Assembly: GCA_045563015.1 (NCBI GenBank)
Contig: JBJKUQ010000001.1
Span: forward strand, 1 to 59,097
Length of the DNA stretch: 59,097 nucleotides
DNA from: Alphaproteobacteria bacterium
GTDB taxonomy: Bacteria; Pseudomonadota; Alphaproteobacteria; Methylaequorales; Methylaequoraceae
Direction of reading: 5' to 3'
A program made the position numbers and the translations under genes. The notes below the pieces were generated by a model, which was given only the letters and a program-made list of their open reading frames with translations, was not told the origin of the DNA and made no database searches. Below are positions 48,456-59,097 of this stretch, piece after piece. The first letter of the stretch is position 1. Every line of letters starts with the position of its first letter.

Positions 48456-49779
48456 ATGTTAAGATTTGCCCCAAGCCCAACTGGTTACTTGCATATTGGT
48501 AATGCAAGAGTGGCCATACTAAATTATCTATATTCAAAAAAAAAAGAATTAAATTTTTTTTTAAGAATAGATGATACTGATAATGAGAGATTCCAAAGAA
48601 GAGTTCGTTAGTGCTATTCTCGAAGATTTATCATGGCTAGGTATTGATTTTAAAAAGATTATCAGGCAATCAAATAGAAAAAAATCCTATCAGGATGCAT
48701 TTAATTTTTTAAAGAAAAAAAACTATATTTATCCTTGTTTCGAAACTAGTGAAGAACTTTCATTGAAAAGAAAAATTCTTATAAAACAGGGCAAACCACC
48801 TATTTACGATAGATCATCATTAAATTTATGTAAAAATGATATATCTTCTTTAATTTCTTCAGGAAAAATTCCTCACTGGAGATTAAAATTAGATGATAAA
48901 CCAATTGAATGGAGTGATGAAGTACACGGTAAAATTAGATATGAGAATTTATCTATTTCTGACCCTGTGCTTTTTAGGTCCGATGAAATGCCTCTTTTTA
49001 CTATAACGTCAGTTGTTGATGATATTGAGTTTCAGGTAACTAATATTTTAAGAGGTGATGATCATCTAACCAATACAGCAGCACAAATAAAACTTTTTAA
49101 ATATTTTGATGCTAAAGTCCCAAGTTTTGGACATTTACCATTAATGAGGTCAAAAACTGGTGCAGGATTATCAAAGAGATTTAATTCTTTCTCTTTGAGA
49201 GAGTTAAAAAAAAAAAATTTTTTCCCTTTAATTATTTTAAATTATTTAAATAAAATAGGCTCAAGTATATCAATAGAAGAAATAAATGAAGTTCCAAAAT
49301 TAATTGAGAATTTTAATTTAAAATTATTTTCAAAGAACTCAGTTTTATTTAATGAAGATGATTTAATTAGGTTAAACGCTAAACATTTAAAGAGTTTAAG
49401 TTTCAGGGATCTAAAAAATAACTTTAATGTAAATTACGATCAAAATTTTTGGAATGTAGTTAAAGGAAATATTAATCAATTAAGTGATGTTGATGAATGG
49501 TATGAAATATTCAAATCTAACCATAACTTAAAAGTTAAAGTAGATGAAAAATTATTGGAACAAATTACATTAAATTTACCATCAAAAATTGATATTAATT
49601 CATGGAGTAAGTGGACACAAAGTATATTATCAAAAACAAATCTTAAGCCCAAAGAATTATATTTAAAAATAAGACAAATTTTGACTGGAAGAAAGTATGG
49701 ACCTAGTATGAATGAATTATTGGCATTGTTTAATCGTGAAGAAATTTTAAAAAGGATAAAAAGTAATTGTGAAATCTAA
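48456..49779 (+). CDS. gltX: Glutamate--tRNA ligase (extra T near 48591)
   Basis: ATG 48456 gives [27 protein letters not shown]. Removing one T joins it to the 48571-49779 frame ([20 protein letters not shown]). Confidence 0.93.
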
Positions 49780-51343
49780 ATCAATAAAACTTTATGATAG
49801 TACCCTGAGAGACGGTGCTCAAACAAAAGGTATAAATTTTAGTTTAGATGATAAATTAAAGATTTTAAATATATTATGTGATCTTGGTATTGATTATGTT
49901 GAAGGAGGGTGGCCAGGTGCTAATCCTACAGACGACAAATTCTTTAAAGAACTACCAAAAAAAATATCATCAAAAATTACTGCTTTTGGAATGATGAGAA
50001 AGCCAGGTAAAAGTGCTCAAAATGATCCAGGCTTAAATGCTGTTATTAATTCTGGAGTATCTAGCGTTTGTTTAGTTGGAAAGACTTGGGACTTTCATGT
50101 TAAAAATGCACTTAAAGTTTCTTTTTCTGAAAACTTAGATATGATTGTTGATTCGATTGAGTATGCTTCAAAAAGACTTGATGAAGTCATATTTGATGCA
50201 GAACACTTTTTTGATGGTTATAAGAATAACAAAAAGTATTCCTTAGATATAATTTCTCAGGCATTTAAATCTGGAGCAAAATGGATAGTATTATGTGATA
50301 CTAATGGTGGTACCTTACCTCACGAGCTAAAAAATATAATAGATGATGTTAAAGGAATAATTCCTAATGATAATCTTGGTGTTCATTTTCATAATGATAC
50401 AGATTGTTCAACTTATAATTCTCTAGAAGCAGCTAGACTGGGTGTAAAACAAATTCAGGGTACATTCAATGGTTTGGGTGAAAGGTGTGGAAATTCAAAT
50501 CTTGTAAATGTTGCTGCAAATTTAATTCTAAAAATGGGTTTTGATTGTAAATTAAAGAAAAATATAAAAAAAATAACATCTGCTAGTCGAATGATTGATG
50601 AAACTCTTAATAGACAGTCATTAAGAAACTCACCTTTTGTTGGCACTGCTGCCTTTGCCCATAAAGGTGGACTTCATATTTCGGCAGTTGAGAAAGACCC
50701 ACGTAGTTATGAACATATAAACCCTTTAAGTGTTGGAAATGAAAGAGTTTTGGTAGTGTCAAATCAATCTGGAAAAAGCAATGTAATAAATAAATTAAAA
50801 AAATTTAGAATTAATATCAAAGGTAAGGAAGATGCTATTGAAAATTTTTTAGAAACAATTAAAAAGCAAGAATTTTTGGGCTATGCATATGATGGTGCTG
50901 AAGCAAGTTTTGAATTATTGGCAAAGAGAAAGTTCACAAAATTTAAGGAGTTTTACAAACTAGAAAGCTTTAAAGTTTCAGATGAAAAAAGGAAAAATAA
51001 TAAAGGTGAATTTCTACCCTTCTCAGAAGCAAGGATTAAAATTATTATAGGTAATCAGGATTTTTATAGTGCCTCTGAAGGTAATGGACCAATTCATGCA
51101 CTTGACAATGCGCTTAGAAATGCTCTGATAAAATATTATCCAAGTTTAATAAAACTTAATCTTGTAGATTATAAAGTAAGGATTTTAACTCCTCAAGATG
51201 GAACTAATGCTCTTGTGAGAGTAAGAATAGAGTCGTCAAATCATAAGTATAAATGGTCAACTATTGGTGTATCTTACAATGTTGTTGACGCATCATACAT
51301 TGCACTTCACGATAGTATTACATATCATTTATTAAAGTCATAA
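49769..51343 (+). CDS. cimA: Citramalate synthase
   Basis: DSTLRDGAQ, EGGWPGANP, DAEHFFDG, LCDTNGG, HFHND, GERCGN, AHKGGLH, EGNGPIHALDNALR. Confidence 0.9.
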   Translation: MKSKSIKLYDSTLRDGAQTKGINFSLDDKLKILNILCDLGIDYVEGGWPGANPTDDKFFKELPKKISSKITAFGMMRKPGKSAQNDPGLNAVINSGVSSVCLVGKTWDFHVKNALKVSFSENLDMIVDSIEYASKRLDEVIFDAEHFFDGYKNNKKYSLDIISQAFKSGAKWIVLCDTNGGTLPHELKNIIDDVKGIIPNDNLGVHFHNDTDCSTYNSLEAARLGVKQIQGTFNGLGERCGNSNLVNVAANLILKMGFDCKLKKNIKKITSASRMIDETLNRQSLRNSPFVGTAAFAHKGGLHISAVEKDPRSYEHINPLSVGNERVLVVSNQSGKSNVINKLKKFRINIKGKEDAIENFLETIKKQEFLGYAYDGAEASFELLAKRKFTKFKEFYKLESFKVSDEKRKNNKGEFLPFSEARIKIIIGNQDFYSASEGNGPIHALDNALRNALIKYYPSLIKLNLVDYKVRILTPQDGTNALVRVRIESSNHKYKWSTIGVSYNVVDASYIALHDSITYHLLKS

Positions 51344-51349
51344 AATTTA

Positions 51350-52066
51350 ATGCAATTAAATAGAAAATTTCTTCCTGAAATAATTCTTGTTAATACGCAG
51401 CTTCCAGAAAATTTGGGAGCTACTGCAAGGGGAATGTTAAATTTTAAGTTTGATAAAATTAGATTAGTAAAACCAGAGTTTAAGATAGATAATGAAAAAA
51501 TAATACCAGTAAGTGCTGGAGCAAAAAGTGTTATAAAAAAAATTAAAATGTATGAATGCTTTAAAGATTCTATAAAAGATTTAAATATAATAATTGGAAC
51601 AAGTAATAGACAGAGAGCAATAAAGAAAAATGAAATTACTTTTAGAAAATTAAAAAGGCTTGTGAGCCAAGAGAAGAATAAAATTGGCATTGTTTTTGGT
51701 CCAGAAAAATCAGGTTTAAATAATGATGATTTATCTCTTTGTGATTATACATTAAGGATTGAAACAAACCCTAGTTTTTCGTCTATGAACATCTCACATG
51801 CAGTAACAACTGTTTGTTATAACTTATTTGATTTATTTTTTATAGAAAACAAAAAATCGGTAAATCTTGAGGTTTTGGCAAAAAAAAAAAACTTAATTTT
51901 ATTTTATACTATTTTAGAAAGAGCATTAGATAATTCAAATTTTTTTAATGTTAAGGAAAGAAAAAAAATATTATTTGAAAAAATTAAGAATATTTTTTCT
52001 AAGAATAAATTAACTCATGACGAGGTTAAAATATTAATTTCTATCTTTAAAAAATTTGTAAAGTAA
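51350..52066 (+). CDS. trmJ: SPOUT RNA methyltransferase, TrmJ/LasT family
   Basis: PENLGATARGM, VFGPEKSGL, SMNISHAV. Confidence 0.85.
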   Translation: MQLNRKFLPEIILVNTQLPENLGATARGMLNFKFDKIRLVKPEFKIDNEKIIPVSAGAKSVIKKIKMYECFKDSIKDLNIIIGTSNRQRAIKKNEITFRKLKRLVSQEKNKIGIVFGPEKSGLNNDDLSLCDYTLRIETNPSFSSMNISHAVTTVCYNLFDLFFIENKKSVNLEVLAKKKNLILFYTILERALDNSNFFNVKERKKILFEKIKNIFSKNKLTHDEVKILISIFKKFVK

Positions 52067-52081
52067 AATTTTTTATTGAAA

Positions 52082-52109
52082 TTGACATACACTTTTATAT
52101 GAGTATATT
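52082..52109 (+). promoter_or_regulatory. Sigma70-type promoter of rpsD
   Basis: TTGACA (52082-52087), 16 nt spacer, TATATT (52104-52109), ending 9 nt before the ATG. Confidence 0.55.
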
Positions 52110-52118
52110 CACTTAACA

Positions 52119-52736
52119 ATGACGAGAATTTTAAAATCAAAATATAAAATAGATAGAAGATTACGTTGTAATCTATGGGGTAGACCAAAAAGTCCTTTTA
52201 ATAGAAGAGATTATCCACCGGGTATAAATGGACAAAATAAAAGAAAGAAACCATCAGATTATGGCATTCAACTTATGGCAAAACAGAAACTTAAGTGTCA
52301 TTATGGCTACATAACCGAAAAACAATTCAGAAACACTTTCTCAAAAGCATCTAAGATTAAAGGTAATACGAGTGAAAACTTAATAGAATTGCTAGAAAGA
52401 AGATTAGATGCTGCAGTTTACAGAATGAAGTTCGTTAACACAATTTTCGCGGCTCGCCAATTTGTTAGTCACGGTCATGTTCGTGTAAATGGCAAAAAAG
52501 TTAGCGTTCCTTCATATAGTCTTAAAGATGGTGACATAATTGAAGTAAAAGAAAAAAGCAGAGAAATGCCAATTGTTCTGGAAGCAATTAGTTCAACTGA
52601 GCGTGATGCCCCAGAATATTTGTCTGTAGATTACGATAAAATGAAAGGTACTTTTGTGAAAGCTCCAAAACCAGATGAGGTCCCATATCCAGTTATTATG
52701 GAACCTAATCTAGTTATCGAATACTATTCAAGATAA
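52119..52736 (+). CDS. rpsD: 30S ribosomal protein S4
   Basis: [50 protein letters not shown]. Confidence 0.99.
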   Translation: MTRILKSKYKIDRRLRCNLWGRPKSPFNRRDYPPGINGQNKRKKPSDYGIQLMAKQKLKCHYGYITEKQFRNTFSKASKIKGNTSENLIELLERRLDAAVYRMKFVNTIFAARQFVSHGHVRVNGKKVSVPSYSLKDGDIIEVKEKSREMPIVLEAISSTERDAPEYLSVDYDKMKGTFVKAPKPDEVPYPVIMEPNLVIEYYSR

Positions 52737-52738
52737 AA

Positions 52739-53278
52739 TTATATAGCTTCTTTATTTTCATTCTTTAGAAACTTTAGAATGTTTTGTGGAGAAGACATTT
52801 CATATGGATCTTCATTGCAATTATCTTCGAAGCCCGGTTCGATGAAAGTCTCCATTATTTTACAATCTTGAATAATTGCAGCATATCTCCATGATCTTTT
52901 GCCAAAACCAAGATTGTTTTTATTCACCAACATTCCCATTTGCCTAGTAAAATCTCCATTACCATCTGGAATAACTTTAATGTTATCTATATTGTGAGAT
53001 TTTGCCCATGCATTCATAACAAATGAATCATTTACAGAAATACAATAAATGTCATCTATACCTAAAGATTTAAATTCGTTATAAAGTTTATTAAAGTCAG
53101 GTAATTGAAAAGTTGAACATGTGGGAGTAAAAGCCCCTGGAAGAGAAAAAATTATTGTTTTTTTTCCTTTAAAAAAATCATTAGTATTTTTTTCTTCCCA
53201 TTTAAAAGGGTTATCACCCCCAATTGATTCATCTCTAACACGTATTTTAAAATTTACATTTGGTAGATTTTTAATCAT
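52739..53278 (-). CDS. Peroxiredoxin (Prx5/type II)
   Basis: PGAFTPTCS, SVNDSFVMNAW, DGNGDFT, RSWRYA, EPG. Confidence 0.92.
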   Translation of the reverse strand: MIKNLPNVNFKIRVRDESIGGDNPFKWEEKNTNDFFKGKKTIIFSLPGAFTPTCSTFQLPDFNKLYNEFKSLGIDDIYCISVNDSFVMNAWAKSHNIDNIKVIPDGNGDFTRQMGMLVNKNNLGFGKRSWRYAAIIQDCKIMETFIEPGFEDNCNEDPYEMSSPQNILKFLKNENKEAI

Positions 53279-53385
53279 TTTTGCTCCTTTTTTTATTTAG
53301 AATAATTCTAATTAATATTTAGAACTTTTCTAACTTAAAAAAAAAAATTTGTCTACACCCTTATTAAAATTATTATAATAATAGT

Positions 53386-54129
53386 ATGACAATATCAGCT
53401 TTAATAATTGCAAGAAACGAGCAGGATAAAATTGAAAAAACTCTTTTATCTTTGGACTTTGCAGATGAGATAGTTGTGATTTTAGACAGATCGATAGATA
53501 ATACAAAAAAAATTTGTAGAAAATTTACAAGAAATATTTTTGAAGGTTCATGGAGATGTGAAGGTAGAAGAAGAAACTATGGTATAAAAAAGTGTAAATC
53601 AGAATGGATTTTTGAAATCGATGCTGATGAAGTTATAAGTAATGACCTGTCTAAAGAAATAATATCAAAAAAAAATGATTCATTTGATTTCTATTATATT
53701 CCTCTTCTAAATTATGTGTCAAACAAACCAGTTCATTTTGGCTGGATGGCATGTCTTGCGCCGGATGGGAAGTTCTGTATGTTCAAAAAAAAATCTAAAC
53801 ATTGGGACAAAGGATTAGTCCATCCAAATTATCAACTTGCTGGAGAAAAAGGACCATCTTTTAAAAACTCTATTGATCATTACATGTCTGAAAATTTATC
53901 TCAATTAATAGATAGATTTAATAGGAATTCGTCATTGTATTCTATAGAGTTAAAAGAAAAAGATGCTCAATTATCGAAGCTATTCTCTATAAGGAAAATT
54001 TTTTCAAGATTTATAAAGTGTTATTTAACTAGAAAAGGTTATAAATCAGGGGGTATTGGAATATTAGTGAGTATTTTAATTGCTCTCTACCCTTATGTAT
54101 CTGCTTTAAAGTCAACAAACAATAATTAA
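53386..54129 (+). CDS. Glycosyltransferase family 2 (WaaE-like), paralog of 10120-10875
   Basis: ARNEQD, FADEIVVILD, GSWRCEGRRRNYG, WIFEIDADE, LVHP. Confidence 0.88.
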   Translation: MTISALIIARNEQDKIEKTLLSLDFADEIVVILDRSIDNTKKICRKFTRNIFEGSWRCEGRRRNYGIKKCKSEWIFEIDADEVISNDLSKEIISKKNDSFDFYYIPLLNYVSNKPVHFGWMACLAPDGKFCMFKKKSKHWDKGLVHPNYQLAGEKGPSFKNSIDHYMSENLSQLIDRFNRNSSLYSIELKEKDAQLSKLFSIRKIFSRFIKCYLTRKGYKSGGIGILVSILIALYPYVSALKSTNNN

Positions 54130-54467
54130 TTATTTGAATTGATTTCAAAAGGGACTTTATTGTTTTTTAAAAAATCCTCTATTTCATTATTTTCAAGCAT
54201 TTCTCTAAGAATATCACAACCTCCAATAAATTCTTTTTTTACATAAATCTGTGGAATTGTTGGCCAATTTGAAAATTTCTTAATTCCATCACGCAATTCA
54301 TCATCTTCCAAGACGTTAAAACTTGAAAATTTTATACCTAAGTAGTTGAGTATTTCAACTACTTGAGCAGAAAATCCACATTGTGGGAAGTCAGGTGACC
54401 CTTTCATAAACAATACTACATCATTACTGGAAATCATTTGATCAATTTTATTATAAGTTTCTTGCAT
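54126..54467 (-). CDS. grxD: Monothiol glutaredoxin Grx4
   Basis: LFMKG..PQCGFS, WPTIPQ, GGCDI. Confidence 0.96.
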   Translation of the reverse strand: MQETYNKIDQMISSNDVVLFMKGSPDFPQCGFSAQVVEILNYLGIKFSSFNVLEDDELRDGIKKFSNWPTIPQIYVKKEFIGGCDILREMLENNEIEDFLKNNKVPFEINSNN

Positions 54468-54473
54468 GTTATT

Positions 54474-54704
54474 TTAAGGCTCCTTTGTTGTTAGCATCAG
54501 AGCATGGAGAGTTGATCCCATATGCTCTCCTAATGCTCCATATACTAGTTGATGTTGTTTAATCTTTGTTAATCCACTAAATTTTGACGATTTGATTTTT
54601 GCATGGTAATGGTTATTGTCTCCTCTGATGTCCTCTATTTCAATTTCGGCATCAGGAATTTTTTCTTTTATCATTTTAACTATTTGATCTGGACTTAATG
54701 TCAT
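54474..54704 (-). CDS. bolA: BolA/IbaG family protein
   Basis: [20 protein letters not shown]; adjacent to grxD. Confidence 0.9.
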   Translation of the reverse strand: MTLSPDQIVKMIKEKIPDAEIEIEDIRGDNNHYHAKIKSSKFSGLTKIKQHQLVYGALGEHMGSTLHALMLTTKEP

Positions 54705-56884
54705 TTTAAGTAATCCTTAAACCATTTATTATTTAATCTTACAAGGTTTTTTATGGAAATTTCAAAATAATTTATAAAATTTAGTGAATTTCCTGAAACC
54801 TTTCCTATTTTGCTGATAGTTACATTCATTTTTTTAGCAAAAGTATCGATTTCTTTTTCATTTTTAATAATCAATAAGTATCTAGATTGATCCTCACCAA
54901 AAAGCCATTTTTCTGGACTTTTGGTGAATTTTTTGGGTATTTCAATTTCAACTCCCATATTATTGGTAATACAAAGCTCTGAAATAGCCAAAGCTATCCC
55001 ACCCTCGGATAAATCGTGACAACCAATAACATTTTTTGTTTTTCTAATTAATTTTTTTATAAATAAACCATTTTTTAATTCTTCATCAAGGTTAATATCA
55101 GGAGGTTCTCCTTCATCAATTCCATTTATTTGATTAAATACTGAGAGTTCTAGGTGTCCTTTTGTTTTTCCTACAAGATATATATTAGCCTTTTCTTGCA
55201 TCTTGAAACCTTTAATATATTTTAAATCTTCAATAAGTCCAACTCCTCCAATTACTGGAGTAGGCATAATTGCTTTTCCTTTTGTTTCATTGTATAGGGA
55301 AACATTTCCTGAAACCACAGGATAATTTAGTTTTGTACAAGCATTTTTTATTCCTAATAATGCCTGTTTTATTTCATACATTATCTCATGTTTTTCTGGG
55401 TTACCAAAATTTAAATTATCTGTAATGGCTATGGGATTTGCTCCACAAGAAATAAGATTTCTCCATGACTCTGCAACAGATATTTCTGCACCTATTTTTG
55501 GGTTTGAATTACAGTATATTGGATTACAGTCAGAGGTTATTCCTATAGCTTTATTTGTATTATGAACCCTTACGATTGCTGCGTCAGCTTTTTCTGATGT
55601 ATAAATAGTGTCACCCATAACCGAAGAATCATATTGATGGAAAATCCATTTTTTTGATGAATGATTTGGTGAAGATAAAATTTTATTTAAGCTTTTTTTT
55701 ATATCAAATTTATAACTACTGAACTTTTTAATAACTTTTTTTTTTGGTTTTTTTTCGGGTCGGTCGTATTCTGGAGCAGCATCAGCTAGAGGTTTTATTG
55801 GAAGTGATCCAACAAGTTTTTTTTTCATAAATAATTCCATTTTTCCCGAATTTGTTAAATTTCCAACTTCAACAGCATCAAGACCCCATTTTTTGAAAAT
55901 TTTAAGAGTAATTTTTTTTTTATCAGGTTTTATTACTAAAAGCATTCTTTCTTGTGTTTCTGATAACATCATTTCATATGGAGTCATTTTTTTTTCTCTG
56001 CATGGAACCTTATTTAAAAATAATTTAACGCCACAATTGCCTTTTGATGCCATTTCAAATGATGAAGATGTTAAACCTGCAGCACCCATATCTTGAATTG
56101 CAATAATAGCGTCTTCTTTCATAAGCTCTAAGCAGGATTCAAGAAGAAGTTTTTCTATAAAAGGGTCTCCAACTTGGACTTGAGGTCTTTGATCTTCTGA
56201 ATTATCATCAAACTCTGCAGAGGCCATTGTTGCACCATGAATCCCATCTCTTCCAGTTTTTGCTCCAACATAAATAACAGGGTTTCCAACCCCTTTAGCT
56301 ACAGAATAAAAAATTTTTCTTTTATCAATTAAACCAACACACATAGCATTAACTAAAATATTTGAATTATAACTTTTATGAAAAAAACATTCACCTCCTA
56401 CAGTCGGAATTCCTACACAATTTCCATAATCACCAATTCCTCTGACAACTCCTTTTAGTAAACTTTTTGTTTTTTTATTCTGGGGTTCACCAAATCTAAG
56501 AGAATTAAGATTTGCTATTGGTCTTGCACCCATGGTAAAGATATCTCTCATTATCCCACCAACTCCTGTCGCAGCTCCTTGATATGGCTCAATGTAGGAG
56601 GGGTGATTATGACTCTCCATTTTAAAAACTAATGCATCATTATCACCAATATCAATAATACCAGCATTTTCACCAGGACCACAAATGACATTTCTTCCTT
56701 TTGTAGGGAGTTTTTTTAACCATTTTTTTGTAGATTTATACGAACAATGTTCACTCCACATAACTGAAAAGATACCCAATTCAAGGATGTTTGGTTCTCT
56801 TCCTAGTATCTTAAGAATTAATTCATATTCTTTTTCAGTTAAATTGTGTTCTTTCACAATTTTTAAATTTATTGAGGTGGTCAT
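54701..56884 (-). CDS. purL: FGAM synthase subunit PurL (small type)
   Basis: [53 protein letters not shown]. Confidence 0.98.
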   Translation of the reverse strand: MTTSINLKIVKEHNLTEKEYELILKILGREPNILELGIFSVMWSEHCSYKSTKKWLKKLPTKGRNVICGPGENAGIIDIGDNDALVFKMESHNHPSYIEPYQGAATGVGGIMRDIFTMGARPIANLNSLRFGEPQNKKTKSLLKGVVRGIGDYGNCVGIPTVGGECFFHKSYNSNILVNAMCVGLIDKRKIFYSVAKGVGNPVIYVGAKTGRDGIHGATMASAEFDDNSEDQRPQVQVGDPFIEKLLLESCLELMKEDAIIAIQDMGAAGLTSSSFEMASKGNCGVKLFLNKVPCREKKMTPYEMMLSETQERMLLVIKPDKKKITLKIFKKWGLDAVEVGNLTNSGKMELFMKKKLVGSLPIKPLADAAPEYDRPEKKPKKKVIKKFSSYKFDIKKSLNKILSSPNHSSKKWIFHQYDSSVMGDTIYTSEKADAAIVRVHNTNKAIGITSDCNPIYCNSNPKIGAEISVAESWRNLISCGANPIAITDNLNFGNPEKHEIMYEIKQALLGIKNACTKLNYPVVSGNVSLYNETKGKAIMPTPVIGGVGLIEDLKYIKGFKMQEKANIYLVGKTKGHLELSVFNQINGIDEGEPPDINLDEELKNGLFIKKLIRKTKNVIGCHDLSEGGIALAISELCITNNMGVEIEIPKKFTKSPEKWLFGEDQSRYLLIIKNEKEIDTFAKKMNVTISKIGKVSGNSLNFINYFEISIKNLVRLNNKWFKDYLK

Positions 56885-57564
56885 AACATTTCACGTATTG
56901 ATTTAAAAAAAATCAAACCATCTCCACTAGAAAAATTTTCAATTGCTCTTTCTGGATGAGGCATTAACCCTAAAACATTTTTTTTTTTATTTGTAATTCC
57001 AGCAATATTTCCGACTGAACCATTTGGATTAAACTCTGAACTTAATAAACCTTTATCTGATGAGTACTTAAAAACTATTTGATCATTATCTTCCATTTTT
57101 TTTAAGTAATTATCTTCAACAAAATACCTTCCTTGTGAGTGTGCAATTGGAAAGTTTAGAACATTTTTTTTACATTTATTTAAAAAATAACTTTTACTTG
57201 TTACTTTTAAAAATACATCTTCACACTTAAAGAGTTGACTGGTATTTTTTATTAAGGCACCCTCTAATAAATTACATTCTGTTAGTATTTGAAAACCATT
57301 ACAAATTCCTATGACTGGAATTCCTTTTTTTGAAATTCTTATAACCTCCTGAATTGCTGGAGACTTTGTTGCAATTATACCGGCTCTAAGATAATCACCG
57401 TAGGAAAAACCACCCGGTAAAAAAACAATATCAGTCTTTTTTATATGACGACTTTTATGCCAAACCAATTCAGGTTCAACCCCAAAACATTTATTAATAG
57501 CTACCCTTAGATCCCTATCACAATTTGACCCAGGAAATACTATGATTGAAACTTTTTTTTTCAC
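56881..57564 (-). CDS. purQ: FGAM synthase glutaminase subunit PurQ
   Basis: [33 protein letters not shown]. Confidence 0.98.
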   Translation of the reverse strand: MKKKVSIIVFPGSNCDRDLRVAINKCFGVEPELVWHKSRHIKKTDIVFLPGGFSYGDYLRAGIIATKSPAIQEVIRISKKGIPVIGICNGFQILTECNLLEGALIKNTSQLFKCEDVFLKVTSKSYFLNKCKKNVLNFPIAHSQGRYFVEDNYLKKMEDNDQIVFKYSSDKGLLSSEFNPNGSVGNIAGITNKKKNVLGLMPHPERAIENFSSGDGLIFFKSIREML

Positions 57565-57567
57565 AGT

Positions 57568-57804
57568 TTATTTCTTTTTAACTATTTTAAAATTTTCTAT
57601 TATAGGGTTAGACAGTAGATTTTTACTTATTTTTTCTATTTCTTTAAAATAATCCTTCTTATCATCAACATGAATATCAAAGAATTTGCCTTTAGTTATT
57701 TCTTTAACGGACTTGTATCCCATATTTTTAATTGTATTTTTTATTGCTTCGGCCTCTGGATCCAAGATTCCTGGCTTGAAATTGATAAAAACTCTAAAAA
57801 TCAT
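57568..57804 (-). CDS. purS: FGAM synthase subunit PurS
   Basis: [26 protein letters not shown]. Confidence 0.95.
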   Translation of the reverse strand: MIFRVFINFKPGILDPEAEAIKNTIKNMGYKSVKEITKGKFFDIHVDDKKDYFKEIEKISKNLLSNPIIENFKIVKKK

Positions 57805-58549
57805 CTTTTAAAACTTTTTTGAATTCTTTTTCTGACAAGACACCAAGTCTATATGCAACTTCTTTATAAGCAATATCAACATCTCCAAGATCTTCTCTGA
57901 ACCTATCTTTATCAAGTTTTTTGTTAGTTTGAAGGTCCCATAACCTACAGTTATCTGGACTAATTTCGTCGGCTAGCATTATTGATGTTTCATCTTCCGA
58001 CCAGAATTTCCCAAACTCAAGTTTAAAATCCACAAGTCTAATTTTTTGTGAGTAAAAAAAACCTGTTAAAAAATCATTTATTCTAGCTGACATAGATATG
58101 ATTTCTTCTAATTCTGAATGAGTTGCCCATTCAAAAACAATGATATGTTCTTCAGAAACAATTGGGTCATTCAATTTGTCATCTTTTAGGTAAAACTCTA
58201 TGATTGGTCTTGATAGGACTTTTCCTTCTTGTATTCCAAGTCTTTTTACTAAGGAACCAGTTGCAATATTGCGAACAACCACTTCAATTGGAATAATTTC
58301 AAGTTTATGAATTAATTGTTCTCGCATGTTCAATCTTTTAATGAAATGATTAGGAATATTAACGTCTGTTAGTCTTGTCATTAGAAGTTCAGAAATAAAA
58401 TTATTAACTACACCTTTGCCTGGAATGACTCCTTTTTTCTTGTTGTTAAATGCAGTGGCATCATCCTTAAAATACTGTATGAGTGTATTTGCATCTTTTC
58501 CTTTGTAGATTACTTTTGCTTTTCCCTCGTAAATTTTTTTTTTAATCAT
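57794..58549 (-). CDS. purC: SAICAR synthase
   Basis: [50 protein letters not shown]. Confidence 0.98.
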   Translation of the reverse strand: MIKKKIYEGKAKVIYKGKDANTLIQYFKDDATAFNNKKKGVIPGKGVVNNFISELLMTRLTDVNIPNHFIKRLNMREQLIHKLEIIPIEVVVRNIATGSLVKRLGIQEGKVLSRPIIEFYLKDDKLNDPIVSEEHIIVFEWATHSELEEIISMSARINDFLTGFFYSQKIRLVDFKLEFGKFWSEDETSIMLADEISPDNCRLWDLQTNKKLDKDRFREDLGDVDIAYKEVAYRLGVLSEKEFKKVLKDDF

Positions 58550-59097
58550 TAGATTTTGTTCTTTTTGAAAATACTATTTATGTTTTTTAAATGGTAGTTA
58601 AGATCAAATATTTTATCAATTTCTTTTAAACTTAAGAGTTTGTTTACATCTGAATTTTTTTGTAAAAGTAGTTTGAAATCTTTATTTTCATTCCATGATT
58701 TCATTGCAGTTTTTTGAACAATTTTGTAAGATTTTTCTCTTGTTAATCCCTTATCAATAAGTTTTAACATTACTCTTTGTGAATTGTATAACCCTTTAGT
58801 TCTATTTATATTTTCTAACATTTGTTTTTCATTTACAACAAGGTTTTCAATTACATTGCTCATTCTACTCAATGAAAAATCAAGTAAAATAAGTGTATCA
58901 GGAAATACCAATCTCTCCACTGAAGAATGAGAAATATCCCTTTCATGCCAAAGAGATATATTTTCTAAGACAGGAATCAGATTTGCTCGAATTACCCTAG
59001 CTAAGCCTGTTAAATTTTCAGTTAATATTGGATTTCTTTTGTGTGGCATTCCAGATGAACCTTTTTGTTTGCTAGAAAAAAATTCTTCTGCTTCTCT
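58549..59097 (-). CDS. purB: Adenylosuccinate lyase, 3' part only (runs off window end)
   Basis: The frame continues upstream as [24 protein letters not shown]; [23 protein letters not shown]. Confidence 0.97.
   Translation of the reverse strand, partial: REAEEFFSSKQKGSSGMPHKRNPILTENLTGLARVIRANLIPVLENISLWHERDISHSSVERLVFPDTLILLDFSLSRMSNVIENLVVNEKQMLENINRTKGLYNSQRVMLKLIDKGLTREKSYKIVQKTAMKSWNENKDFKLLLQKNSDVNKLLSLKEIDKIFDLNYHLKNINSIFKKNKI

Noticed and set aside
48580-48600. Programmed frameshifting or pseudogene status of gltX, glmU and apt
   Set aside because: No slippery heptamer plus stimulator, and no further decay in either half; sequencing indels are simpler.
1268-56906. Many 60-170 aa ORFs in the track lying opposite well-identified genes (e.g. 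3906, 5118, 18191, 20124, 42957, 51325, 55893)
   Set aside because: Antisense shadows of conserved genes, with no independent motifs or SD.

Overview
A very AT-rich, gene-dense, streamlined alphaproteobacterial chromosome segment. The dcd-murA-hisG-hisD-infA-maf-tRNA-Phe, nadE-gltX-cimA and purB-C-S-Q-L-bolA-grxD gene orders fit a free-living alphaproteobacterium, probably marine, but the lineage cannot be fixed from this window. Most of it is housekeeping: purine, His, aromatic and NAD synthesis, aaRS genes, quinone genes and an LPS-core glycosyltransferase cluster. At least five conserved genes (apt, pyrC, a DAACS symporter, glmU, gltX) carry single-base frameshifts, which points to long-read consensus errors rather than pseudogenes. 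The best leads are: (1) a tRNA-Thr(GGU) with intact stems but a rewired elbow (A18/G55, A54/U58); (2) both tRNAs end 5-6 nt before an ATG with a near-identical trailer; (3) a diverged second copy of the glmS 3' end (the attTn7 region) brackets a lone FliB-like lysine methylase gene and precedes a 5.5-kb patch of small exported proteins; (4) a YidD-GNAT fusion; (5) several small ORFs missing from the ORF track. I found no CRISPR array, rRNA, integrase or transposase.
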